The notes under the pieces are model-generated. The model was not told the DNA's origin and searched no databases. It was given only the letters and a program-made list of their open reading frames with translations. A stretch of DNA of 64,000 nt from Caecitellus pseudoparvulus. Lineage: Eukaryota; Protista; Bigyra: Bicosoecida. Below are positions 46,601 to 58,700 of this stretch, piece after piece. The translations under genes were made by a program, and so were the position numbers. The DNA is taken from the NCBI GenBank assembly GCA_965644315.1, contig CBFFRQ010000042.1:310001-374000 (forward strand), given 5' to 3'. The number at the start of each line of letters is the position of its first letter. The stretch's first letter is position 1.

Positions 46601-49600
46601 CCGAGATCCTGGCCGCCCTCATCACCGCCCTGGGTGCCAACGGCATGACAGGGGAGGTGCGTGCGGTGCTGGAGAGCGTGTCTCGGTCTGCAGGTGTCGT
46701 GGACACGGCCGCGGCCGTGAAGCACGTCCGCAGCGCCATCGGCCTTGAGGCGGCCACCGCCCAGGACGAGGGCAGCGGCGCCTCCCAGGCCGTCGTGTCC
46801 GCTTGGAACGACTTGACAGATGACCTGCGCCACATGCTGTACGCGGCGTTCGGCATGCGGCGCGACGTGGCCACTGCTGACCGCCTGTGGCGTGCAGGCG
46901 GCTACTCCGCCCGGGTGTACACGAAGGCTATCACGTCCCGGCGGGGTGATGCGGGGGGCGACGGCATGGTATCTGCCGACCACAAAGGCATCGTCATGAT
47001 GGCAGCCGGCGGCGAGCCGGAGGACAGCCCTGCCCGCAGCACCCGCAGCGGCAAGGCGCCGCCCTCCCCCCCTCGGCGTCGACGCCACCGACAGAGCATT
47101 GCCCTCACCCCCATGAATGCCTTGGCGCCCAAGGTCAGCCTGGCCAGCATGCCCATCGGGCGCGGGTCGGGGACGGCGGAGGAGCCCGAGGCGCCCACCC
47201 CTGCCGGCGGCTTGCCCAGCGAGGATGCTGCTGCCGGGGATTGGATTGAGACGGCGGTGTTGGCCCTCGTCCGCAATGCCCAGCACAACTTGCTCACACA
47301 CATGGCCACGGTGAAGTCAGCCGAGGTGCAGGGCGACACGCAGTCCGCTGCGGCGCGCATGATGGCGGGGGAGGGCGTGCTGGGCGTCGTGTTCGACCCC
47401 ACCTTGAACACGGCCCCTGCTTCTCCGCGTGGAGGGGGGGACTTCTCCTACGCCTCGGCGAGAGACGCCACTGCTGCCTCCTTCAAGACCCCTGGCCAGG
47501 CGCCTGGGCCCCCCTCACGGCGCCCAGGCCCCCCTGCTGGGCCTCCATCCCGACGCAAGAAGACCGCGTCCGCTGCTGTGCGCCGCAGGCCCAGCATGCT
47601 CATGAGCGCTGTGGCCCTGCAAGGCGCCTCTGGCAGTGCGGCAGGCTTCAACGCCGCGGCGCTGATGGAGGAGACGCCATCCACCCCGGAACCCAGCCCC
47701 TACGCGCTGCCCTCCCTCGCGGAGGAAGGGCCTTCCGACGGGGACAGCGACGGTGCACAGGCACCCAGCGAGGAAGAGGCGGCCCAGCGCGCCCTGCTGC
47801 AGCGCGTGAGTCAGGTGACCAGTGCGCCCAACGCAGGGGGGGGCTCTGGCATGGACGAGGCGGGTGCGCTGTTCTCCCCTCTGGCTGCGGCGCTGAAAGT
47901 GGCAGCCCTGTGCGCAGAAGGCAAGGTGGATGCGGCGCTGGGCGTGATGCTGCCGTGGTGGCGCCTGCGTCTGGAGCGCCGCTCCACCTCCCTGGCTGCG
48001 CGCCGCCGCTCCAGCCGGCTGATGATGGGCAGCCAGGGGCGGGACGCGGGGGCGCCCCCTCCCCGCCGGGCGCCCGCCTCTGGCGCCATGCCAGACGACG
48101 ATTCAGTGCCGGGTGTGGGTGTGGTGTACTGGAGCGACAGCGACGACGACGAGGGAGGGGACGAGGAGGCGGCTGGCGTGCGGGGTGTGCGCAAGGTCAA
48201 GCGGCGCCTGCCTTTCCGTCCCCTGCCTGAGACAGTGTCCCACCTCCTGCACGCCATCGCCCGCACGATGCGGGAGCGCATGGGCACGCTGGAGGCCCAG
48301 GCCAAGCGCCGGGCCGCCACTGCAGGCACCACCTCCAAGCGCGGCAGTGTCAGTGTGGGGGAGCCCATGGCCCCGGCAGCTTCGCTCAGTGTGCACTCAG
48401 ACCCCGTCCTGGCCCTGTACGAAGACGTCATGTGGCGTCTCGTGCGGGCCGTCACGGTGGGCGGCGGACTCATGCTGTCCGACACCGACCACGCCGCCAT
48501 TCTGGAGGTCGTGGCCCTGCGCGGCCGCGTAAAGGAAGCCTGCGATCGCATGGTGACGCAGGCCCGTGCTGACGGCACCGCCCCCCTGCGCACCATGCGC
48601 CTCTCGCACTTGGCCGCCTATGCCGCCAGCCACAACGACGCCGCCTCCGTGGCTGCAGGCGCCGCCAGCGTGGGCCTGCCCCAGGCAGTCGCAGGCGCCA
48701 GCATCACCGCCTTCAACGCGGTGCTGGCGGGGTTGGCGGGGTCTCCCGCGCTCACCCTCAAGGCGGCCGAGTTCGTGGCCATGCGCATGCGGCAGTGGTA
48801 CGTTCCGCCCGACATGTCCACGGCATCCGCTGTGGAGGCCATGTCTCAGCGCCTCAAGGTGGACCTGCACCCACTCTTCAACACGCGCTCGCCGCGGCAG
48901 CTGCACATGCAGTCCCAGCGTGACCCCTGGGCGCGTGGGGCAGACGTGGAGGCCCCCTCCCGCCCCAACCAGCCTTCCCTGGCAGCGGCACTGTTCTTCA
49001 AGCTGCCAGGTCGTCCTGGCAGCGGCCTGACGTCGGTCACCACGGCTGTCGGCAGCGTCGTGGGGCGGTGGCGTGGCGCCACCTTGGCCCGGCGAGTGGC
49101 GCTGCTGCAGTCTGCGGTGGCCAAGGCCGTGCACACGTTCATGTTCAGCGTGGGGGGGGTCGTGGTGGGCGGCATGCTGGCTGGCGCCAGCCCCCTCTCC
49201 ATCGAAGTGCACGCTGGCATGCTGCCGCCGAGTCTGGCCAGCCTGCTGCGCGGGACGCTGGCCAGTGTGCCGCCTGTGTCCCTGCCAGGCGCCGCGCCTG
49301 TGCGGGAGGGAGCAGCGGAGGACCCCTGGTCCGCATCCCCCGACGCCGCTGCTCCGCCAACCGGCCGGCGCAGGGGGTACACCGTGCAGCGCCCGGGGCG
49401 CAAGGGTGCAGAAGAGAGCCGGGAACGGGCTCGGACTCTGTACCCCGCCGCAGACATTGTGCCGCTCGGCGGCATGGGGCAGGGCATGTGGAGCAGCACG
49501 ACGGCGGAGTTGGTGGCAGGGCAGGCCGACCTGCTGGATGCCTCCTCCTCTGTCGGCGGCGTGTACTCCGACGCAGAGGACGTGGACGCCAGTGACGCGA

Positions 49601-52600
49601 GCAAGTCTGACGGAGAAGTCAATGAGCACATCAGGGCGCTGACCCTGGGCAGCACGCTGGCTGACGCGGCCGCCAGGCGGAAACTGGATGCCCGGTTCAT
49701 CCCGCCACCCCCTCCCCGTCGCAAGGTGCGGCGTGTGGACGAGGAGAAGGCCCGTGCCGTGGAGGCCGCCAGAGCAGCCGTCTTCTCTTCCTCCCCCGAA
49801 TTCGGCTTCTTCACGGCTGACATGGCTGGGCGCTCTGCTGCACGCCGCGAGGCGGGGTCGGGCACTGTGCCCAGCCTGGAAGACATTCAGGAGTCAGCAG
49901 TCGCCTCCACAGCCCTCTTTGACAACGCGTACGACCGGGAGCTGGCGGAAAAGGCCAAGGCCAAGCAGACTGCCGCCGCCACGACGTACGATTTTGTCGC
50001 CGCTGCAGGGCTCAAGGCCGCGTCACCGCCGGCTGAGGGCCTGGACACGACGGTATTCAACCGGACGCCATCCCCAAAGAAGCTGTCCTCAGACCCCATG
50101 TCCCTCTCCCACAGCCTGGCGTGGAAGGGCATGCAGTCCCGCGTAGACCACGCACTGGCAGGGCGGGCTGTGGGCCTGTCCCCTGAGAAGGACCCCCCTC
50201 AGCAGTTGCTGGAAGCGGCGCCGGCACACTCCGAGGCGTACTCTGCACTGGCAACGGATGCCCGCCCAGCCCACCCTGGTGTTGGCCCGGGGGAGGCGCT
50301 CCCAGACCGGGTGCAGAGGGAGGTGCTGTACCAGCGCCCAGGCGGGGAGGCAGTCATCAAGGTTGCGTCCCCTGCCAAGGGTGGCCACACAGTCGCCAGC
50401 TCCACCTCCCCAGGGCACTCCCCGGGTGTGGACCTGGCCCACGACCCCACCACCCAGGCAGAGGGCGAGCTGGCCCGTACCTCCTCGGCCACATCCCCTT
50501 CACGCAAGGTGGCGGGCTTGGCCGGCGCACACGACGCCCAGCAGGACCTCCTCTCGTTCGCGGCAGGCGGCGCCAAGGAGGCTTCGGAGGCAGGCGCCCC
50601 CGTGCCCTCCGCCCTGGAGGCGTACCTGGCCGACCCCTCCTTCACCGTCACCCGTGACGACGTTCTGACGGTGCGGGCGGAGCTGGTGTCCCTGTCTGCG
50701 GAGTTGGCCTCCACGGTGGCCACCATGATGCGCTCCGAGGCCAGCCTCAATGCGACACAGGCACAGGGCGCCCAGGCAGATTCCTACGCGCGCGCCGTCA
50801 CAGGCCTGGGCCTGCGTGACGTTGGCACGGCAGCCCTGTCGGAAGCCATGGCCCTGCGCAGCGACACAGCCTTGACAGAGGCGGTGGCTGCCGTGGCCAG
50901 CGGTGCCTCCCCCAGCACAGACATCGTCCCGGCGCACCTGGCCACCGCGCAGCCCTCAGCGGCTGACCTGGTCGTGCTGTCCTCCACACACCCTGCGGCG
51001 ACCTTGCCGCCTGTGACGGCCACCGAGCTCACGCAGCGCGTGAACTGGGGTCGCCTGGTGAAGCCTTTCTCGGGCGCCGGCATCATGACGGAGAGCGGCA
51101 AGCGGGACGTGGCACGCCGTCGTGTTGCCACGCTGCGGGCCGCCCACGCCCGCCTGGAGCGAGAGGAGGGCGAGCTGGCCATGCGCCTGGCCGCGACGAC
51201 GCCCCACGCCCGGGCGGCGCGGGAGCTCCTGGCAGGGTACCAGGACGCCGTGAAGGAGCTGAACGGCCGGGAGCGCGCCATGCGGAGCCAGGTGGCTCGA
51301 GACGAAGCTGCCTGCGATGCCCTCGCTTCCGGCCCCGGTCGGGACCGTGCCACACTGCGAGCATGGGCAGAGGGCAAGCCGGGTGTGGGCGCCTTGCACC
51401 CCGAAAGCAGCATCCTGGGGCAGACGGGGCAGGTGCTGCGCTCTGCACGCACGTCCGCGGCTGCCGCCTTCTCGCGGCAGCTGGACGGCATGGTGGCCAA
51501 CGTGGCGTTGCTGGAGCAGGTGGAAGCGGACACTGCGGAGCGCGTGGCTGCCCAGCGCAAGCGGGTGGACGCCCTGGTGGCTGCCTCCCTGAACTTGGAA
51601 GAGGACATCGCCGCCCTGAAGGAGGAGGAGGCCGGCTTGGCGGCTGAGATTGCAGAGTTGGAGGAGCGCTTTGAGGAGGCGCTGGCCACCAATGACGCCG
51701 TTGCAGACCAGCTGCACCAGACGGGCATCAAGGCGAAGGAGGTGCTGGCACACACGCGCGTGGATGCGGCGACTGCCCGTGAGCACGGCATCGAGGTGGC
51801 CATGCGAGAGGCCCGTGTGCGTGGCGCACGCACCGCCGACGCTGAGGGCAGAGCCGCTGTGGAAGCTGCCACGAATGACTGGGCGGAGCGCACGGCAGCA
51901 CACGCGCACTCTGTGGCGGAGAAACTCAAGGCTGTGCGGGCGCGGGTGAGTGAGGAGATGTCGGGACACCTGCAGCCGCTGCTGAAGGAGGCAGAGGCTG
52001 AGGCCCGCTCTGCCGCCGGCGAGCGCGCCGCGCTGGAGGAGCAGCTGACTGCCATGGAAGAGCGCCTGTCCTTCCTGTCCAGCGAGACGGGGGCACTGAC
52101 CAAGCACACAGACACACTGAGGGGGGTGCAGGACAGCATCCTCAGCGGGGAGCGCCTGGCGCCGGAGGGGCTGCGGCAGCAGTTGGGGGAGCTGGCCGTG
52201 CAGCCCTTCCAGCCACAGCACGAGGGCGACGAGGACCAGCGCAGTGTCGCCCTGGACCTCATGCAGTCCCTGCGCATCCCGGCCGTGGACATGACGGCGT
52301 TCGTGGAGGAGGCGGTGGAGGTGTCTCAAGCCCAGGCTTGTGCCCCCGATGCCGTGGAAGCCATCTTCAAGCTGTACGCAGAGGAGGGCCAGACGCGGCA
52401 GGAAGCCCACAAGGCACGCAAGGCTGCGGCGGCCACCGCCGAGGCTGGTGATCTGGCTGTGGCCTCCTCCCCTCTCCGCCGGCCCTCCCCCAGCTCCAGC
52501 CCCGGCAGCTCCACAGCGGCGCAGCTCAAGGACATCTATGCGCCGCCTGTGTCACCGGATGCGGGCCCAGGTAGGTACGAGTCTGCCCTGGCGGGCCTGC

Positions 52601-53961
52601 ACGATGTGGCAGCGGCGCAGGAGCGCCTCCTGGACGCAGCCGAGGCGGAGGGGGTGGTGCGCAGCCCCGACGGGCAGGCCGGTGCCCTCGCCGCCCTGGC
52701 AGACACTGCCAGCTCTGTAGGCTCAGGGTCGGAGTTCAGCCAGGGCGGGGGTGCGGGCACTGCCACCTTCCCGCGCGGCGGCGATGGCCAGCGCACGGGC
52801 AGGCTCACAGGCGCCTACACCATGGCGCTCCTGCGCAGCGCAGGGCTGAGCGCGGCAGAGGCCGCCTCCCTGGCAGTGGCGCCCGACACCTCAGAGGCCA
52901 TTGCTGCGGGAGACAAGGAGCGCGGCGCAGGCACACAGGCTGGCTCCTTTGCCAGGCGTGTCTCCTTCACGCCGGCCCACTCCCGCACACGCCGGGCCTC
53001 CAGCATGACTGCTGGCTCCGCTCGCAGCAGCAGGTCGCGGGGAAGCTCGGCCGCTCCTGCGCCTGCCCCCGCCCCTGCCCCTGCTAGCAAGTGGGCCCGC
53101 AACACGGCAAAGAAGCAGCCGGCGCCGACCCCCCGTGCCGACGCTGCTGCAAAGCTGCTGCGGCGTGCATCTCACGGCATCCTGCCTCAGATGGGAGCTG
53201 TGCGGCACACACCAGACACCACCCGGCGCCGTATCGTGGGCGGTGCCGGCAAGGCAGGCGGTGCCTCCAACATGACCCTGACGACCAGTCCCACCCACGG
53301 TGGCGATGGCCAGCGAGTGGAGGTGCAATCCTCCGTCGCCGGCTCTCTTAGCCGCGACCTAGCGCCCACAGCCGGGAGGGCGGGCCAGCGCACCAAATCG
53401 GTCATGCCACCCAGTGTCACACGCGCCATGCTGACCAAGAGCGCTGCCGCGGCTGAGGTCATGCGCGCTGCCTTGGAGGCCCAGGAGCGGGCCGGGGACT
53501 ACGTGGGGCGGGAGGAGGAGGCCGCCGCCCCCGCCTCCACCACCAAGCTAGGCAGGAAGCCCGGTCGAGGGCAGGCTGGCGCCCGAGGCACCGTGCAGAG
53601 CGCCGCGGCCTTCAGCCCCCTGCCCACCTCCCAGCGGCGGGGCAGCTACTGGGGCTCCAGCTCCTATTTCAAGGTGCACGGGGCCAGTGCGACGCCTGCA
53701 GCCTTGGCTGGCATCGAGGAGGGCGCAGGGGTGAAGGGTGTGCAGGCGGTGCCTCGCCTAAACAAGGCGCTGCGGCGGCAGGAAGCCAACCGCCGCGCCG
53801 CGGAGCAGGCCTCCAGTGTGGCGACTGGGCAGACGTACGGTGGCGAGAGCCGCGGCCAGGACTTCATCGACCCCACTGCCTCCGGGCGCCGGGGCAGCTA
53901 CTTCGGCACGTACTCTGGGCGCGGAGGGGGGGCTGCACCCAGACGGGGCTTGCGCAAGTGA
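37607..53961 (+). CDS. Giant (~5,340 aa) RhoGEF(DH)-PH-PH / Pro-rich / PPR-repeat / coiled-coil protein; exon 1 37607-37645, exon 2 37984-53961
   Basis: Splicing gives LAEVI-STEVTYL (DH start); FLIMPIQRIPRYEMLL; PH LYLFNDLLLV; PH LQKRGKSAFGGWRSRWFVL..LHYYES..PKGTIDL; at least 12 PPR-like motifs. Confidence 0.85.
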
Positions 53962-54115
53962 GCACGTCGCAGGCTGCCGTTTCCCGCCAATGCACTGATT
54001 GCACGTGTGTGAAGGGGCGGTGGGGTGTGCCCGCGACGTGGCCACCCTGCGCCTGTGTACGAAACATGCATGCATTGGCACACGACAGGTGCACGTGGGT
54101 GGAGGGAGCCCCCGC

Positions 54116-55439
54116 TCAGCCCTGTGCAGTGGCGGCAGCTGCACTGGCTGGGGCCTCGGCGGCTGCCTCCTCCATGGCCTCCTTGAGGCACTGCACGATG
54201 TGGTCTTGCACGTCCTCCGTGAGGTAAGGGTGCATCGGCAGCGACAGCACCTCCTTGCCAAGCGCCTCCGTGACGGGGAAGTCGCCCTCCGCCCAGCCGT
54301 ACTCCGCAAAGACCGGCTGCAGGTGGCAACCGGTGGGGTAGTACACGCCGCATGGAATGCCGCGTGCCTTGAGGCCCGCCACCACGGCGTCGCGATTGCT
54401 GACTCGCACGGTGTACTGAGCGTACACGTGCGTGTTACCTGGCACCACTTGAGGAGGGGTGGCGGCAGTGCCGGACAGCAGCTCACTGTACCGTGCGCCG
54501 ATGCGGCCCCGGGCCTCCACGGCCGACGGGAAGTGCTTCATCTTCACATTCAAAACGGCTGCCTGCAGGGAATCCAGGCGCCCCGTGAAGCCCAGCCGGG
54601 TGTGCGTGTCCCGCACAACTGCGCCGTGGTTGCGGATGGCCACGCAGTTGGTGGCCAGCTCGTCGTCATCGGTGAACACGGCCCCGCCGTCGCCGAAGCA
54701 GCCCAAGGGCTTGGCGGGGAAGAAAGACGTGGTGGCGATGCGGGAGAGGCTCCCTGATGCTTTGCCGCCCTGCGTCGCGCCGAAGGATTGCGCGGCGTCC
54801 TCGATGATGGGGATGCCGCTCTCCTCGCTCAGCTCGGCCAGCGCTGCCATGTCAGCACACTGCCCGAACAGGCTCACGGGCATGATCGCCTTGGTCTTGG
54901 GTGTGATCGCAGCCTTCACCTGCGACACGTTCATGTTGAAGCTGTGGGCCTCGACATCCACCAGGACAGGTGTCGCGCCGGCCAAGACGATGGCCTCCAC
55001 AGTAGAAATCCACGTGAACGGCACGGTGATCACCTCATCCCCTGGCCCGATGTCCATGGCACGCAGGACCATGTGAATGGCAGATGTCCCGTTGTCGCAT
55101 GCGATGCAGTGCTTCACCCCAACGAAAGCGGCCAGCGTTGCCTCCAGGTCCTTGATCTGCGTCGCGGAATTTGCGGTGTTGAGCGGCGAGCCAGAGACAG
55201 CCCTGCTTGCATCGCACGAGCTCACCTGTGGCCCGTTAATGAAGCATGTCGCCTGCAAAACCTCATCCATAGCGGCTTTGAACTCTTCCTTGTGCTCATC
55301 GTACTGCGCACGCGAGCACACGCCACCAGGATGCCCCGTTGCGTGGGGGCCACTCGCAGCCGACGATTTCCGCACAGCGCCTCACCTCTGTCTTCAAGTC
55401 GATGAAGCGCAGGTCGTGGCCTACGCGTGTGTCCGCCAT
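54116..55439 (-). CDS. DegT/DnrJ/EryC1/StrS PLP-dependent nucleotide-sugar aminotransferase, WbpE/WlbC/GnnB-like; introns 55304-55385, 55157-55225
   Basis: FIDLK..FINGPQIKDLE, IGPGDEVIT, PVSLFGQCAD, IEDAAQSFGA, TSFFPAKPLGCFGDGGAVFT (PLP Lys), RLDSLQAA, VYAQYTVR, LSLPMHPYL. Confidence 0.94.
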
Positions 55440-55745
55440 GGCTGCAGGGGGGTGGGGGGGTGTGGAAAAGCAGCTAAATGACAGGATCTCGAGCACAAAT
55501 TGGACGGCATTGTCTGTAAATTGAAAAGTGTCGTGCACAAGCACAAATTGAGGCGCCGCACCTGGGCAGTGGAGACGCAGCTTCGATCACTGCTAACGGG
55601 CCCTGTGCGCCAACGAGAATGTCTTGTCCCTACATAGCTACGAGTTGAAGTGACCTTCCCCTCTTCACTGGCTTTCAACAGTAGCACCCTCCCGAGAGGG
55701 GCTTGTTTGCACCAATACAAGAACCCTCCAAGCCCTTCACGCAAT

Positions 55746-58700
55746 TTACTGCATTGCTTTTGCGAGCAAAGCAGTCAGGCGACCCTTGGTAGTCTCCAAC
55801 ATGCTCGTGAGGGCTGAGGGCCTGGTGTCGCGCGCTGGACGCTTTTTCGTCGGTTGCTGGGCCAAGCCTGGGGCCAGCTGCGAGCGCTCGTACAGCGCAA
55901 ACTCATCCAGCTCCAGCACTTGTACAGGCTGTGAAGGCTCCTGCTTTGTCGGAGAGACGAGCGGGCTGAAGTCCGGAGCTGAAGCGTGTTCATGTCGTGG
56001 GGAAAAGCGCTTGCCCGAGGGCGGGCAAGCTTCGGTGCTTTTCCTAGTCTGCCGTCGTCTTGAGAGGTTGCCTTGCAGAAGAGCCCAGGCCGCTGAAAGA
56101 GATGCCAGCGCTGAGCTGGCGGACATCTCAGCGGCTGCTCTGGTGGCCTCTTGGAACCGCCTGATCGTCTCATGAGCGGCTTGCATGCATGTCTCTGCCT
56201 CTGCTCTCTGCTGTTTGGCTATGTACTTGACGCGTCGCATGTTGGGGTGGGAGGTGCACCTCGCGCCAGTCTTCGTGTTCACGTACGACACACCAGAGAC
56301 AAGCCCTTCCCCTGCGACAAGATCTCGATGAGGGGGCGGGCGTGTGTCGTGCGAGCCTGCATGCACCACTTCCCAGTTGCTGGGCAGGCGCTCTCGAAGG
56401 AGTTCGGAGAGCAGCCTTGCTCGCCAAGCTTGGAACTGTTCCTGAAGGCGTGCCTGCATGTGTGTGTGCAGGTCTTCGCATGCTGACGACAACACTGACG
56501 CCCGGCTAAGCGTGCTACACGCAGCCTCCATGACTGGCTTGGACTCGTCGTACAGCTGGGCTGCGTCCAGAAAGGCTTGCCTGCGATGTCGACGCTGCCG
56601 AGCAGCTTTGGCGCGGGCGCGCTGCTGAAAGGCAGCCAGCGCGGGCACTCGTCGAGCAAATCGCTGGAGGGTGAGGACAGCGGAGTCTATTCGATCTCTT
56701 CGCCGCCTCGGGGCAGCAGCGGCGCGCAAGTTTACAAGCTGGAACCAGCGGGACTGAGACTTGTTCCTGTGCCACGCATGTGCTGCCCGCCGGCGGTTCA
56801 ACACTCGCAGAGCCCAAAGTGACAGGTGCTGGGCAACTAAGGAGTGAAGGAAGGTGGTGGGCACGTCAGGCACATGCACTGTCGCAGACGCCTGTGCCTT
56901 TGCTGGGCTTTGAGGATGCTGGTTTTGTTGCTGGACGGTTGACAAAGCAGTGTCGATGGAGCGTCTGACCGCTGCATGGCGTCTCTTGATGGCGCGGAGC
57001 AGGCCAGGCCTCGCAGTGGAGGGGGGTGGCTTGCTTTCATCCAGTGCCTCACCCGTCACCTCTTGCAGGGCCTCTGCTGTTGCAGCCCAGTCCACTGCGG
57101 TGGAGCGTGCTTGCGGCGACTGACTGGGTTGCACGGGGCTGGTGCGCTGAAGGAGGGAGGCGTTCCACAACCCGCTCGAGAATGGCACTTGCTTGATTGG
57201 TGAAGGTGTGGTGCTCTGGCTCAGCTCGAGACGCACGCTGTCTTCAAAGCGGTCAGCAGAAGGGGAGACCGCAGCAGTATTCTTGGCGCTGCGCACCGAC
57301 TGCGTCGCAGCCCGCGACCCCGCGGGACTGATGGGCGAGACTTGGAAGGACACACTGGGTGAGGGGAGTGCGGCACGAGCAGCCCTGGGAGGCGTGGATG
57401 TAGCCACCTCACTGCTCCACGCGGGGATGCCAACAAGATCTGGCTGCGCCGCAGGAGAGGCAGGTGCTGCAGCAACCGACAGTGGCCTCTGCAAAGGCTG
57501 CGTGTCCCACTCCGGAGCAGCGAGCTTGGCCGGGGACGGTGGCACACTGAACGACACCTGGGCAGCGGGTGTGCTTCCCTGGCTCGGCTGCCTTCTGGTT
57601 CGCGCTTTGGCCAGCATGTCACGCAGACCACTGCGCACGTCTTCAATGCCTGCGACCACTGCGGCTTCAGCCTGGATCACGGCAGCTTGTCGGTGGGTCT
57701 TGGATGGTCTGGCAGGTTGCCCGGGCGGCGTGGTGGACTGCACTCCACCCTTCATGGAGGCTTTGTGGGCTTCGAGGGCCTGCAGCAAATCTGCACTGGG
57801 TGTGGTGCTTGACCCCACGGGAGGGCCTGGCGCCCCCGCCTCATCTTGCCTTGCTGCGTTGCTGCTGTGTGCCGCAGCCCTGGCGACAGCGCGAGCCTTG
57901 CGCTTCGACTCCCGAACCCTCCACACCATTTCCATGGCAAGCTGTGCCTGGGAGTGCATGCCAGTGAGCCACTGTTCTGCCTCCCGCCTCCCAGTATCAT
58001 CGAAGCTGCCCACTTCCGCAAACCTTTCCAGCTCTGACGTAAACTTGCATCGCGCAGCTTCCACCTGTGACACCAACTGCTTGAATGAGCCCTGCCCGAT
58101 GGCAGGCACAGCGTGGAGGAGGACTCCAATGCGCAGCCTCCAATCATCCTTCAATGCCTCACTTGCGTCGGCGCTGACAGCGGCTGTCACCTCATCTGTC
58201 AGCTCTGCGGTGAGAGCCTGTGTGATGCTGACGAGAGCCTGAGTGAGAGCCTGGACTGCCGCTGGCCCGCCTGCAAAAAGCACGCTGCGCTCAAGCTGGG
58301 AGAGCAGCTCTCCTTCAGCCTCCTGTAGCTCAGCTTCCATGGTCCCGATGTCTTGCACAAGCCCTTGCACTCTGCTAGGGTCTCGAAAGAATCGCGCTCG
58401 CCCGAGCATGATTCGCGCCAGCTGTGCCTGCTGCATCTGGCGCTGAGCTAGACACTCCACTAACTCTTGCAGACAGTGCACAGAGGTTTCTTCATCCATG
58501 AGTTGTGGCTGGGGGTCTCGTCGTCGAGGTCTCTCAGGGTTGCGGCGCTGCCTCGGGCGGTAGGCACTTGTGATCTGCTGCAGCTTCGAGCTGTCCTTTC
58601 CCGGCATGCTGCGCCTGCTTCGGACTCTCGATCGACTTCTCTTGCCCGGTATGAACTCTTTTACGAGATCGGGAATTGCCCCATGAAGTAGCTCTTCTGG

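Noticed and set aside
38376-53462. Many long antisense or alternate-frame ORFs (e.g. 40455-41864, 50784-52292)
   Set aside because: Shadow ORFs expected from high GC and codon bias; no domain motifs.
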